DNA from: Candidatus Omnitrophota bacterium
GTDB lineage: Bacteria > Omnitrophota > Gorgyraeia > Zapsychrales > JANLHA01
DNA length: 64,000 bases
Reading direction: 5' to 3'
NCBI GenBank assembly: GCA_029560465.1
Contig: JAKQKX010000102.1
Span: 68,601-132,600 of the forward strand
How positions within the stretch are numbered: the stretch's first letter is position 1; every line of letters starts with the position of its first letter. The translations under genes and the position numbers were made by a program. This document shows, one piece after another, positions 32,718 to 41,688 of the stretch. The notes under the pieces were generated by a model, which did no database searches, was not told where the DNA came from, and saw only the letters and a list, made by a program, of their open reading frames with translations.

Positions 32718-33794
32718 TCATGCGTACAAAGACAATCCCAAAGCCACCGCCAGGAATGCCGCGTTGGATTCCAGGTCCTCCGCCTTAACCGTCTCCCCCG
32801 GCGTCAGCCAAGGGAACGGGTTCCACCGGGACACTTTAATATCAAGATTTTTAGAAATGATATCGTCCATCCCTTCCAGTTTGGACGTTCCTCCCGTTAA
32901 AAGCAAATAGGTGATCCCGACATTTTTCTCCGTCATAAAGTAGTCAAAAGACACCCGGAGCTCCGAGACCAGATTAATCACCACCGACTCGCAGGCGTCC
33001 AGGACTTTCACCAACTGGTCTTCCGGATTCTTCTTTAAATTCTCCGCTTCTTCGTACCGGAGACTCATTGAATTCGTCAGGGCTTTTGTAAAATCCCGGC
33101 CGCCGATAAAAACATCCCGGGTGAACAACGGCATCCCCTGCGCCATAATGGTAAGATTGCTCACCACCTCTCCGATATCCAGGATGGCGACGGCGGCATG
33201 CTTCGAAGCGTCGGATGCTTTCTCCGGATTCTCCAGCATTTTCGGGTTCAAAACGTTCATAATGTTGGAGATCGCCACTGCGTTAAGCGAGATAAAATCC
33301 GGATGGTAACCCAGCCCGGTTAAGAGGGCAACGCGGTCGTCAATAATTTCCTTTTTCGCGGCGGCCACAAGGACCAGCATTTTATTATCTTTCAGCGTGG
33401 TATCGAGGATATGGCAATCCGTGTAAATTTGATCCAAGGGAAAAGGGAAATACTTGTCCGCTTCGATAGCAAAACATTTCTTTAAATCCCCCAGGGGCAT
33501 CCGGGGAAGCTCAATGTAACGGATCAGCGTCCCTTTCCCGCTGACGGCCGTTAACGGATCCATGGCCTCAGCCGAAAGGTTACGCAAAGTTTGTTTCAGA
33601 GCCTTCTTCTGGTCTCCCCCTTCCACAGGAACGACCGACCAGCTCAGAAGCGTGTATCCGGAACCGGACTTTTTCATTTTAACGCCTTTACAGGCGAATG
33701 TCCCGATATCCAGCCCGACCGTGACCGCGCCGGCCCGTTCCGGAATGACACCTTTAAAAGCTTTTGGGAAAAAACCGGACATAGTTAAAAACAC
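32718..33794 (-). CDS. pilM: Type IV pilus assembly ATPase-like protein PilM (actin-like fold)
   Basis: 358 aa with an actin/FtsA-like nucleotide-binding fold (VGLDIGTFACKGV, LLLTGGTSKLEG), heading pilNOPQ. Confidence 0.85.
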   Translation of the reverse strand: MFLTMSGFFPKAFKGVIPERAGAVTVGLDIGTFACKGVKMKKSGSGYTLLSWSVVPVEGGDQKKALKQTLRNLSAEAMDPLTAVSGKGTLIRYIELPRMPLGDLKKCFAIEADKYFPFPLDQIYTDCHILDTTLKDNKMLVLVAAAKKEIIDDRVALLTGLGYHPDFISLNAVAISNIMNVLNPKMLENPEKASDASKHAAVAILDIGEVVSNLTIMAQGMPLFTRDVFIGGRDFTKALTNSMSLRYEEAENLKKNPEDQLVKVLDACESVVINLVSELRVSFDYFMTEKNVGITYLLLTGGTSKLEGMDDIISKNLDIKVSRWNPFPWLTPGETVKAEDLESNAAFLAVALGLSLYA

Positions 33795-34011
33795 CTTGCT
33801 TCCTTATATAAAAATCCCGTTCAAAGAATTTTTATAACATGTTTATAATAAACGATTAATATTATCCCTATTGTAACAAAAACATGGGGGACTTCAAAAG
33901 CGCATTATATTTTTTTTTATTTCCTAAATATGCCGTCATCGCCCCGAACTCCCGTGGACCCGTGTTGTTCGTCCGCCTGGAAGAAAATCTCCTCGAAAAA
34001 CCAGCCGCTGG

Positions 34012-34140
34012 TTACCGCTGGCCGACTAACCGGATCTGCTGCTGAATATCCTGATTCACAATAACGAGGTACCTGGCAAACGCAATAAACCCAAGGACAA
34101 GCACGGCAATGATGATCATGTTGAAATTCGGAGACTTCAT
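34012..34140 (-). CDS. Hypothetical small membrane protein (42 aa)
   Basis: Manual translation gives MKSPNFNMIIIAVLVLGFIAFARYLVIVNQDIQQQIRLVGQR, with one predicted TM helix. It lies between the pilin terminator and the pilM promoter region. I found no convincing RBS and recognise no homologue. Confidence 0.25.
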   Translation of the reverse strand: MKSPNFNMIIIAVLVLGFIAFARYLVIVNQDIQQQIRLVGQR

Positions 34141-34262
34141 CTGTCCCCCCCTTGACCGGTGCATTATAACACCTTTTTTTTCAAGTACTAGGTTTTGGTT
34201 TAATATTTTGATGCCTCCCTGCGCCTGAAAATCTATTCCCTGTTATAAACTCATCACGAACC

Positions 34263-34296
34263 CACAAAAAGAGGGGGGCCTTTTTGGGCCCCCCTC
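34263..34296 (-). terminator. Strong rho-independent terminator immediately downstream of the pilin gene
   Basis: On the minus strand, a GAGGGGGGCC-caaaaa-GGCCCCCCTC stem-loop is followed by TTTTTGTGGGT. It begins 30 nt after the pilin stop. Confidence 0.8.
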
Positions 34297-34325
34297 AAAC
34301 CTGATGATAAACTTCCACAGACGGA

Positions 34326-34712
34326 CTACGGAGTCAAGATTCCTCCTGTCGTAATCGTGAATGTCGTTGTCCCGGATGTCCCGACCGTGACCGGCGTTGC
34401 CGTAAACGTATAATAACCGGCGTCAAACGTACACTGGAAATTAAACCCAGACACTGTTGTCCCGCAATAATTGTTGTTGATGTACGGAGGTGTCGCACCG
34501 GTCAAAGAAGTAGCATTCGTTGGATAGTTTCCGGTGTTGGCCGTCGCGAACGTTTCTGAAGACGTTGACAATGACCGCAGCGTGCTCTTCGCCAACGCGT
34601 CATTCGCGGAAATCTTCGCCCTTAACAGGTTAGGAATCGCGATGGCGGCCAGCAAAGCGATGATGGCCACAACGATCATGATTTCGACGAGCGTAAAACC
34701 TTTTCTGTTCAT
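34326..34712 (-). CDS. pilA: Type IV pilin (prepilin with class III signal peptide)
   Basis: MNRKG/FTLVEIMIVVAIIALLAAIAIPNLL is a canonical prepilin peptidase site, with Gly at -1, Phe at +1 and Glu at +5. The C-terminal half is Thr/Gly/Ser-rich with a Cys pair (CGTTVSGFNFQC). I set the start at the internal MNRKG; the track ORF begins 7 codons earlier. Confidence 0.9.
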   Translation of the reverse strand: MNRKGFTLVEIMIVVAIIALLAAIAIPNLLRAKISANDALAKSTLRSLSTSSETFATANTGNYPTNATSLTGATPPYINNNYCGTTVSGFNFQCTFDAGYYTFTATPVTVGTSGTTTFTITTGGILTP

Positions 34713-34896
34713 ATTCTGTCCCTCCTTCCTCAAGTCCAGATTAACCGTATCCGCCTCTTCAAAGATCCCGGCAAAAGCTTAACGAAAGAATAATGACGGT
34801 TTACATAATTTGCTCTGAATCATTGGTTTAGCGATACGATCGACTTTAGTCTTTGTTTTATGCTAACACAGGTGCTTAAGCTGTCAATTCAAATCC

Positions 34897-34932
34897 TAAA
34901 AAAAAATCTGTCCTTCTTCAAGAGGGACAGAT
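34897..34932 (-). terminator. Rho-independent terminator between the coiled-coil gene and the pilin gene
   Basis: On the minus strand, an ATCTGTCC / GGACAGAT 8-bp stem with an 11-nt loop is followed by a run of 9 U. Confidence 0.75.
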
Positions 34933-35163
34933 CACTATTTATGCCGATATCTTTCCTGATGGCAACTGGCTACCCTCTTTCGGCTTTATCGCGCCTTCCG
35001 TAGGGCCCTATAGCTTTGTGTCCCATCCTTACGAATGGTTTACCTTTTGCATCGCTCGATTGTCAAATCTACTGCAAGTATACAACCCCCGGGGTTGAAA
35101 TGTCAAGCCAGGGGCCCGGGGGCCAAGGCCGGGCCTCCCGCGGGGGCATCTCTCCGTCGACAA

Positions 35164-36741
35164 CTATGGGCGGGCAACTTTTTCCTGGACTTTTAAAAGC
35201 CCTCCGACCTTTTCCTCCAAACCTTGATGTTCGCGCCTCAGGACCTTTAAATATTCATTCAACCGCGTTTCTTCCTGATAAAAATTTTCCACGGCTTTCC
35301 GCTCTTCTTCATAACGGGCCTGAATAATCGCCAAAGAGCTCGTCAAAACCGCCTCCCTTAACTGCAAAGCCTCGACGTCCCTTTTCAGGGTCTGGGCTTT
35401 GGAAAACGGCGCTGGACGGCGCGGGGCGTCCTCTTCCACCGCGGAAGCCGGGGCCCCTCCTTCCGGGGCCTCTTCAAAATCAATATCCGCCAGAAGCCGA
35501 GACAGCTCTTCTTTGATCTCTGCCGCAGACGGGGAAGATTCCTGCCGCTTAAGAGCTTTCTGATAATCCGCCTTCAACCCAACAATGTCTTTCAATAACA
35601 GCTTTTCTTTCTTGCGATAAGCCCTGATTTTCAACTGCCCCTTTCGAAGGGACAAATTCAAATCATCCATATCCGCCGTCAATTGTTTCCGGGAAACGTC
35701 CCGCGAGTCCGCGCGCGGCTCCTGGTCCGAAGAAGCCACATTTCCCCGCAAAGAGAGCGTTTCTTCCAAAGCCTGCTTTTTCTTCCTCAACAGGGCCGCC
35801 TCCTCCGTCAGGACCTGGAGGGAAAAAGCCATCTGTTTCTCCTGCTGCCGGGATGCGACCCGGACCACGTCCTGCAAATCCTGTACTTCGGCGAAAGTCT
35901 TTTCCAGCTGCTCCTTATCCTTCCGCAGCCGCGCGACATCATCCTGAAGCGCGGTCAAGGCCGCCTTGTCTTTAAGCCCGGCGATGTCCCTCTGCTGCTT
36001 GATATCCTCCAAATCCCTCCCGGCTTCCGACAAACGCTCTTGGATTTCCGCCAACTTCGGCAACCACGCGCTCTTCCGGAACTTTAAATCCTCCGCCCGT
36101 TCTTTCTGCGACGCTATCTTTTTCTGAAGCTTCAGGACAGCCTCTTTTTTTCTCTCGATATCATCACGCAAAGCGTCCCGCCGGGCCTCCAAATCTTTCT
36201 TTTCCCCCTCCCGGCCCCTCGGCAACGGCTGCGCGCTTTTTTGCTGAAGGCGTTTTTGAAAAAAGGCCACCTCCTCTTTCAACAACTGCGCTTCTTCCTG
36301 AAGGCGTTTTTGTTTTTCACCCAGGACCGTTATCTGTATTTCTTTTTCTGCCCGACTCCCGTCATGGCTTTCCCCTTCTTTGCGCAAAGCGTCCAAATCC
36401 TTCAGCAAGGCGTTCCGGTCTTCGTCCTGCAATTTCAAAGCGTCCCGCAGGACTTTTTGATCCTTAAGGAGCGTGTCCCGTTCTTCTTGCCAAGACGCCA
36501 TCTCCTGCTCATGCTGCTCAAGGTCCCGGCGCAAAGCGTCGTTCTTCTCCCCGATCTGCGTGTTTTTCCGAAGCGCCTCCCCCATGGCCTCCTTCAAGTC
36601 CGTGACGGCGGACTCCAGCATCCGTTCGGCTGGCAACAGTTCAACCGTTTCAGCCTCCTGAGCAGCAACCTGTCCCGGCGGCCAATTTCCTAATACAATG
36701 GCCAGCATAAAAAAAGTATATTTGTGGATGCGGAAAGACAT
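35164..36741 (-). CDS. Secreted coiled-coil protein, function unknown (525 aa)
   Basis: N-terminal signal peptide (MSFRIHKYTFFMLAIVLGNWPPGQVAAQEA), then about 480 residues of E/K/R/L/Q-rich heptad-like sequence. It lies between pilC and the pilin gene, with a 37-nt gap to pilC. Confidence 0.7.
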   Translation of the reverse strand: MSFRIHKYTFFMLAIVLGNWPPGQVAAQEAETVELLPAERMLESAVTDLKEAMGEALRKNTQIGEKNDALRRDLEQHEQEMASWQEERDTLLKDQKVLRDALKLQDEDRNALLKDLDALRKEGESHDGSRAEKEIQITVLGEKQKRLQEEAQLLKEEVAFFQKRLQQKSAQPLPRGREGEKKDLEARRDALRDDIERKKEAVLKLQKKIASQKERAEDLKFRKSAWLPKLAEIQERLSEAGRDLEDIKQQRDIAGLKDKAALTALQDDVARLRKDKEQLEKTFAEVQDLQDVVRVASRQQEKQMAFSLQVLTEEAALLRKKKQALEETLSLRGNVASSDQEPRADSRDVSRKQLTADMDDLNLSLRKGQLKIRAYRKKEKLLLKDIVGLKADYQKALKRQESSPSAAEIKEELSRLLADIDFEEAPEGGAPASAVEEDAPRRPAPFSKAQTLKRDVEALQLREAVLTSSLAIIQARYEEERKAVENFYQEETRLNEYLKVLRREHQGLEEKVGGLLKVQEKVARP

Positions 36742-36778
36742 ACGCCCTATTGCTTTAAGTTGAAAACTCCAAACAGCT

Positions 36779-37978
36779 TTAAATAATTTGAGTGATGCTA
36801 ATAATCGGCAAGAACAGCGCGATGACGATGAAGCCCACGATTATACCCAAGAAACCGATGATCAGCGGTTCAATGATGCTTGTTAACCCGGCCACGGCCG
36901 CGTCAACCTGGTCATCATAAAAATCCGCGATCTTCCCCAGCATTTTTTCCAGCTGCCCGGATTTCTCGCCGATGGAAATCATGCGCGTGACCATAGGAGG
37001 GAAAACCCCGCTTTTCACAAGAGGGGTGGCGATGCTTTCCCCTTCGCGGACATTATTTTTCACGCTGATGACCACGTTTTCTATCACCCGATTGCCGCTG
37101 GTTTTCCCGACGATATCCAGGGACTCCAGGATAGGAACGCCCGTCTGGAGCAACGTCGCCAGCGTGCGGCTGAACCGGCTGATGGCCACTTTCCGGATCA
37201 GCTCGCCGAAAATAGGCACCCGCAATGACGCTTTATCAAGGGCCTCCCGGCCCCGGTCAGTCTGATACCAGCGGGTCAACAGAAACACCGACAGGACAAT
37301 TCCGCCGATCAGGTATAAAAGATTATTCTTCAGCAAATCACTGGCGCCGATCAACATCTGCGTCATGGCCGGCAACTCAGAGTTAAAAGAGTCGTAAATG
37401 GAGGCAAACGTGGGGACGACTTTCACCAGAAGGATCACGGTAATAACAATCGCCATGAATACAACGACGGCCGGATAGATAAGGGCGGATTTGACTTTGC
37501 GTTTCAGCTTGAGTGTCTTTTCGAGGTACGAGGAAATCCGGTCCAGAATCGCGCTCAAAACCCCGCCGGTCTCCCCGACTTTAACCATATTCACAAAAAG
37601 AGTATCAAAGGCTTTGGGATGTTTGGCAAAAGCGGCGGACAGGCTGCTCCCCATTTGAATATCATCTCGCACGGCAATGACGACACTCTGAAAATACGCC
37701 TGCGTGATCTGTTCCTGCAACGCATCCAGCGCCTGCAAAATCGGGATCCCCGCATCCACCATCGTGGATAACTGTCTGGAAAAAATAACCAAATCTTCCG
37801 GCTTAACGGACTTCTGGACAAAAACCGCCTTTGACGCCGCCTTGACCGGCTTCACATCAATGATCGTCAGGTGGCGCTTCCGAAGCTCTTCGATAACAGC
37901 CGCCTGGTTCTCGGCGCTGATTTTTCCAACAACATTGCGGGCCGCCTGGTCTTTGGCGACATATTTAAAAGTCGGCAT
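36779..37978 (-). CDS. pilC: Type IV pilus / T2SS platform protein PilC (GspF family)
   Basis: 399 aa with a duplicated GspF-type domain and three TM segments, directly downstream of the pilB genes. Confidence 0.92.
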   Translation of the reverse strand: MPTFKYVAKDQAARNVVGKISAENQAAVIEELRKRHLTIIDVKPVKAASKAVFVQKSVKPEDLVIFSRQLSTMVDAGIPILQALDALQEQITQAYFQSVVIAVRDDIQMGSSLSAAFAKHPKAFDTLFVNMVKVGETGGVLSAILDRISSYLEKTLKLKRKVKSALIYPAVVVFMAIVITVILLVKVVPTFASIYDSFNSELPAMTQMLIGASDLLKNNLLYLIGGIVLSVFLLTRWYQTDRGREALDKASLRVPIFGELIRKVAISRFSRTLATLLQTGVPILESLDIVGKTSGNRVIENVVISVKNNVREGESIATPLVKSGVFPPMVTRMISIGEKSGQLEKMLGKIADFYDDQVDAAVAGLTSIIEPLIIGFLGIIVGFIVIALFLPIISITQII

Positions 37979-38180
37979 AACACGTTCCTTCTTTCGGCAT
38001 GATCCAAGAGTAATTGTAACATCATTTCGCCCTGGATAAAAAGTGTTTCAGCAAATTTTTTTATGCGCGCATGATTTTACATAACTGAAAAGCGCTCCTC
38101 ATCCCAGCGTCAAGTTGTCCTTTTGCCCGGGACGGGGTTCCTTTATATTATTATTTTTAAAACCGCGCCCCCGGACCACG

Positions 38181-39890
38181 TTAATCATTAGAAGTAATCC
38201 TCAACACTTCATCGAGCGTTGTGTCCCCTTTTAAAAATTTTTGAAGGCCATCATCCCAGAGCGTCAGCATGCCGAGTTTATCCCGGGCGTATTCCTTGAT
38301 TTCGTCGGAAGACTTGCCCAGGATCAGCATCTCGCGGATGTGGTCATCGAGCGGCATCATTTCTGTGACTCCCAGCCTCCCGTAAAAACCGCTCTGCCGG
38401 CAGTGCGCGCACCCCTTCCCCCGGTAAAAAACCCTGTCCTTCTTAACGGAGATATCCAATTCCTTTAAAACCTTGGCCGGGATATCCACCGCTTCCTTGC
38501 AGTGCGGGCAAATTTTCCGGCACAATCGCTGCGCGCAGACCATCACCAGGCTCGAGGCGACCAAAAACGGCTCCACCCCCATGTCCACCAAGCGGGTCAG
38601 CGCTCCGGCCGCGTCATTCGTGTGCAGGGTCGAATAAACCATCTGTCCCGTCAAAGACGCCTTAATAGCGATATCCGCGGTTTCATAATCGCGGATCTCC
38701 CCGACCATAACGATATCAGGGCTCTGGCGGAGGATCGCCTTCAGCCCCTCCGCGAAGGTCAGCCCGATATCCGGCTTCACCTGAATCTGTGTTAACCCGT
38801 CCACGACATACTCAACAGGGTCCTCAATCGTGATTATATTCTTATCCGTCGTGTTCAATTCGTTAACAATCGAATAGAGTGTCGTCGATTTCCCGCTTCC
38901 GGTCGGCCCCGTCACCAGGATCATCCCGAAAGGCTGGGCGATCGCCTCCTTGAGCTTACCGGCCGACTCCTCGGAAAAACCAAGCCCATCCAACCCGATG
39001 CGGAGATTTTTCTTATCCAGGACCCGCAGGACTATTTTCTGCCCGAAGGTCGTCGGCAGCAGAGAAACACGGAAATCCACCTCCTGGTTATTGACCCGCA
39101 TTTTAAAACGGCCGTCCTGGGGCACCTGGGTCGCCGTGATATCCAGCCGGGACATAATCTTGATCCGGACGATAATGGCGTTTTGATTATCTTTCGGGAT
39201 CTTCATCGCGTGGACCAGAGTGCCGTCAATCCGGTAACGGACTCGCATGCAGTCCAGCATGGGCTCAATGTGGATATCAGAAGCGCGCTGTTTAATCGCC
39301 TCGCGAATGACGAGGTTCACCAGGCGGATGATAGGCGCCTGTTCGCCCTCGTCCGCCATCATCTCCGAGTCTGTGATCAGCTCGCTGTCGCTGATAATCT
39401 CCAGCTCCCCCACGTCAATATCTTTACTGACTTCCTGGACCGAGCTTGAAATCTTGCTGCCGTAATACGTTTCCAGCGCATGCAGGATATCGGATTCCGT
39501 GCTCATCACGACATCCACTTCCTTGCCCGTCAAGCTTTTCAGGTCATCAATGGCAAAAATATTCAACGGATCCGCCATCGCGATGGTCACCGTCTTTTGC
39601 ATCTGGGATATCGGGAGGATCCGGTACTGGCGGGCGACACGTTCGGGGATGGCGTCTTTGAGGGACGGATCAATCTTATATTTTTTAAGATTAATAAACG
39701 GGATATGCAGCTCACGGACAAGCAAGACCATCAGGTCCTCTTCTTTGATAAGCCCCCGCTCGATCAGCGCCCGGTCCAAGCTGATATTCTTGCTCCGCTG
39801 CAATTCTATCGCTCCATCCAGATCCTCTTTTTTAATTTTGAGGGTCTCAACAAGCGTTTGAATAATTTTGGTTTTAAGTGGTTGCGACAT
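38181..39890 (-). CDS. pilB: Type IV pilus assembly / type II secretion ATPase, PilB/GspE family (paralog 1)
   Basis: 569 aa with an N-terminal T2SSE_N domain, Walker A GPTGSGKST, Asp box, Walker B DIVMVGEIRD, His box, and the tetracysteine zinc motif CRKICPHC...CAHC. Confidence 0.95.
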   Translation of the reverse strand: MSQPLKTKIIQTLVETLKIKKEDLDGAIELQRSKNISLDRALIERGLIKEEDLMVLLVRELHIPFINLKKYKIDPSLKDAIPERVARQYRILPISQMQKTVTIAMADPLNIFAIDDLKSLTGKEVDVVMSTESDILHALETYYGSKISSSVQEVSKDIDVGELEIISDSELITDSEMMADEGEQAPIIRLVNLVIREAIKQRASDIHIEPMLDCMRVRYRIDGTLVHAMKIPKDNQNAIIVRIKIMSRLDITATQVPQDGRFKMRVNNQEVDFRVSLLPTTFGQKIVLRVLDKKNLRIGLDGLGFSEESAGKLKEAIAQPFGMILVTGPTGSGKSTTLYSIVNELNTTDKNIITIEDPVEYVVDGLTQIQVKPDIGLTFAEGLKAILRQSPDIVMVGEIRDYETADIAIKASLTGQMVYSTLHTNDAAGALTRLVDMGVEPFLVASSLVMVCAQRLCRKICPHCKEAVDIPAKVLKELDISVKKDRVFYRGKGCAHCRQSGFYGRLGVTEMMPLDDHIREMLILGKSSDEIKEYARDKLGMLTLWDDGLQKFLKGDTTLDEVLRITSND

Positions 39891-39934
39891 GATTATAAAC
39901 GGTTTTTCTCACCAACGTGAGCAATTATCACTGG

Positions 39935-41680
39935 TCAAACGCCCGGCTCATCCTTCAACGGCTCGTCAGGCGCTGTCACCCGTAAAACTTCTTCCATCGT
40001 CGTCAAGCCGGCAAAGGCTTTAGCCATCGCGTCCTCCCGCATCGTCGTCATCCCTTCCCGTCGCCCGGCCATCTTGATCTGAAGCTCCCCGGCCCGCTGT
40101 AAAATTCCCTTACGGACCGACGGCGTGAGGATCAGGACTTCCGCGATGCCAACCCGGCCGCTGTAGCCGGTCTTCAGGCAGCTCTTGCATCCCTTGCCGC
40201 GGAACAGCCGGATATCCCCTTTGAGGCCCAGCCCCACTTTTTCCGCCATCTCCTGGGACAAAACAAATTCTTCCTTGCATTTCGGGCAAATCCGCCTCAG
40301 GAGCCTCTGCCCCACAATCGCGATGACAGACGAACAGATCAAAAATGGCTCCACCCCCATATTGACCATACGCACTATCGAGCCCGCGGCCGTGGTCGTG
40401 TGCAAAGAACTTACCACGAGATGCCCGGTCAGCGCGGCCTTGACCGCGATATCCAAGGTCTCGCTTTCCCGAATTTCCCCGATCATGATCACATCGGGGT
40501 CTTGACGCAGAATAGACCGCAGGGTCGACGCGAACGTCAGGCCAACCGTGGGTTTAACATTCACTTGGTTCAACCCCGCCATCTGGTACTCCACCGGATC
40601 CTCCACCGTCACAATGTTCTTCCCGGGAGAATCAATATGCCGCAGGATCGAGTACAAAGTTGTTGTCTTCCCGCTGCCCGTAGGCCCGCACGAAAGGATC
40701 ATCCCATGCGGCTTATCCGCGCATTCTTTCAGCCGGCGCAAATCCTCCGGCTGGAACCCGAGATTATTGATATCCACAGCACCCGCGGATTTATCCAGGA
40801 CGCGCAACACGATCTTTTCCCCGAAAACCGTTGGAAGGACATTAACGCGGAAATCCACTTCCTTATTCCCGGAAAGGATCGTCCGGAACCGCCCGTCCTG
40901 AGGGATGCGCCGCTCCGAGATATCCAGGTTCGATACAACTTTAAGCCGGGAGATAATCGCCAAGTGCAGGGCTTTGGACATCTGGTCAATTTCGCGGATC
41001 ACTCCATCCACGCGGTAACGGATGCGCAGGGTTTTCTCCAGCGGTTCAATAAAAACGTCGCTGGCTTTCGCCATGACCGCCTGTTGAATGATCGTGTCCG
41101 TCAGCTTGATCAACGGGGCGTCTTGAGAGATATCTTCAACAGAAACCTTTTCCGAATCCAGGTCCTGCTCTTTGACCAGCTCCAGCTCTTCGGCGTCCCG
41201 CATGTCCTTGATGATGCTCTCCAGCGTCTCCCCGGACTCCGGCGCGTCTTGCGCGTAACAGCGCTCAATGGCCTGGGCCAACTGCGTCGAACGGGCAATG
41301 ATCGGGGTGATGCTTAAACCCGTTAACGCCTTCACATCATCAATGACAAAAATATTCAAAGGGTCGGCCATGGCGAGGGTCAGGTTCCCGCCCATCTTGG
41401 AAACCGGCATGATCTGATATTTCTCCGCCACGTCCCGCGGGATAAGCTTAACGACATTAGGATCGATTTTAAGGCGGGAAATGTCTATGGGCGGAAGGCC
41501 CAGTCCTTCGCTGAGGATATGGGTCAGATCATCTTCACTGATCAGGTTCATCCGGACCAGCACTTGGCTCAGGTCCCCGCCGGAATCCTTTTGTTCCAGC
41601 AGAGCCCTGTCCAAGTCTTCCTGTTTGAGGATATTGTCTCTTAACAGGATTTGCTGTAACCGTTCTTTTAAGGAGAACAT
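39935..41680 (-). CDS. Type IV pilus assembly / type II secretion ATPase, PilB/GspE family (paralog 2)
   Basis: 581 aa with the same architecture: T2SSE_N domain, Walker A GPTGSGKTT, Walker B DVIMIGEIRE, tetracysteine CPKC...CKSC. Confidence 0.95.
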   Translation of the reverse strand: MFSLKERLQQILLRDNILKQEDLDRALLEQKDSGGDLSQVLVRMNLISEDDLTHILSEGLGLPPIDISRLKIDPNVVKLIPRDVAEKYQIMPVSKMGGNLTLAMADPLNIFVIDDVKALTGLSITPIIARSTQLAQAIERCYAQDAPESGETLESIIKDMRDAEELELVKEQDLDSEKVSVEDISQDAPLIKLTDTIIQQAVMAKASDVFIEPLEKTLRIRYRVDGVIREIDQMSKALHLAIISRLKVVSNLDISERRIPQDGRFRTILSGNKEVDFRVNVLPTVFGEKIVLRVLDKSAGAVDINNLGFQPEDLRRLKECADKPHGMILSCGPTGSGKTTTLYSILRHIDSPGKNIVTVEDPVEYQMAGLNQVNVKPTVGLTFASTLRSILRQDPDVIMIGEIRESETLDIAVKAALTGHLVVSSLHTTTAAGSIVRMVNMGVEPFLICSSVIAIVGQRLLRRICPKCKEEFVLSQEMAEKVGLGLKGDIRLFRGKGCKSCLKTGYSGRVGIAEVLILTPSVRKGILQRAGELQIKMAGRREGMTTMREDAMAKAFAGLTTMEEVLRVTAPDEPLKDEPGV

Positions 41681-41688
41681 GACGTTCC

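Noticed and set aside
35016-35327. 103-aa plus-strand ORF spanning the GC-rich region downstream of the coiled-coil gene
   Set aside because: Gly/Pro/Ser-rich with no start context. It lies across the structured 3' UTR and the 3' end of the minus-strand coiled-coil gene. I treated it as non-coding.
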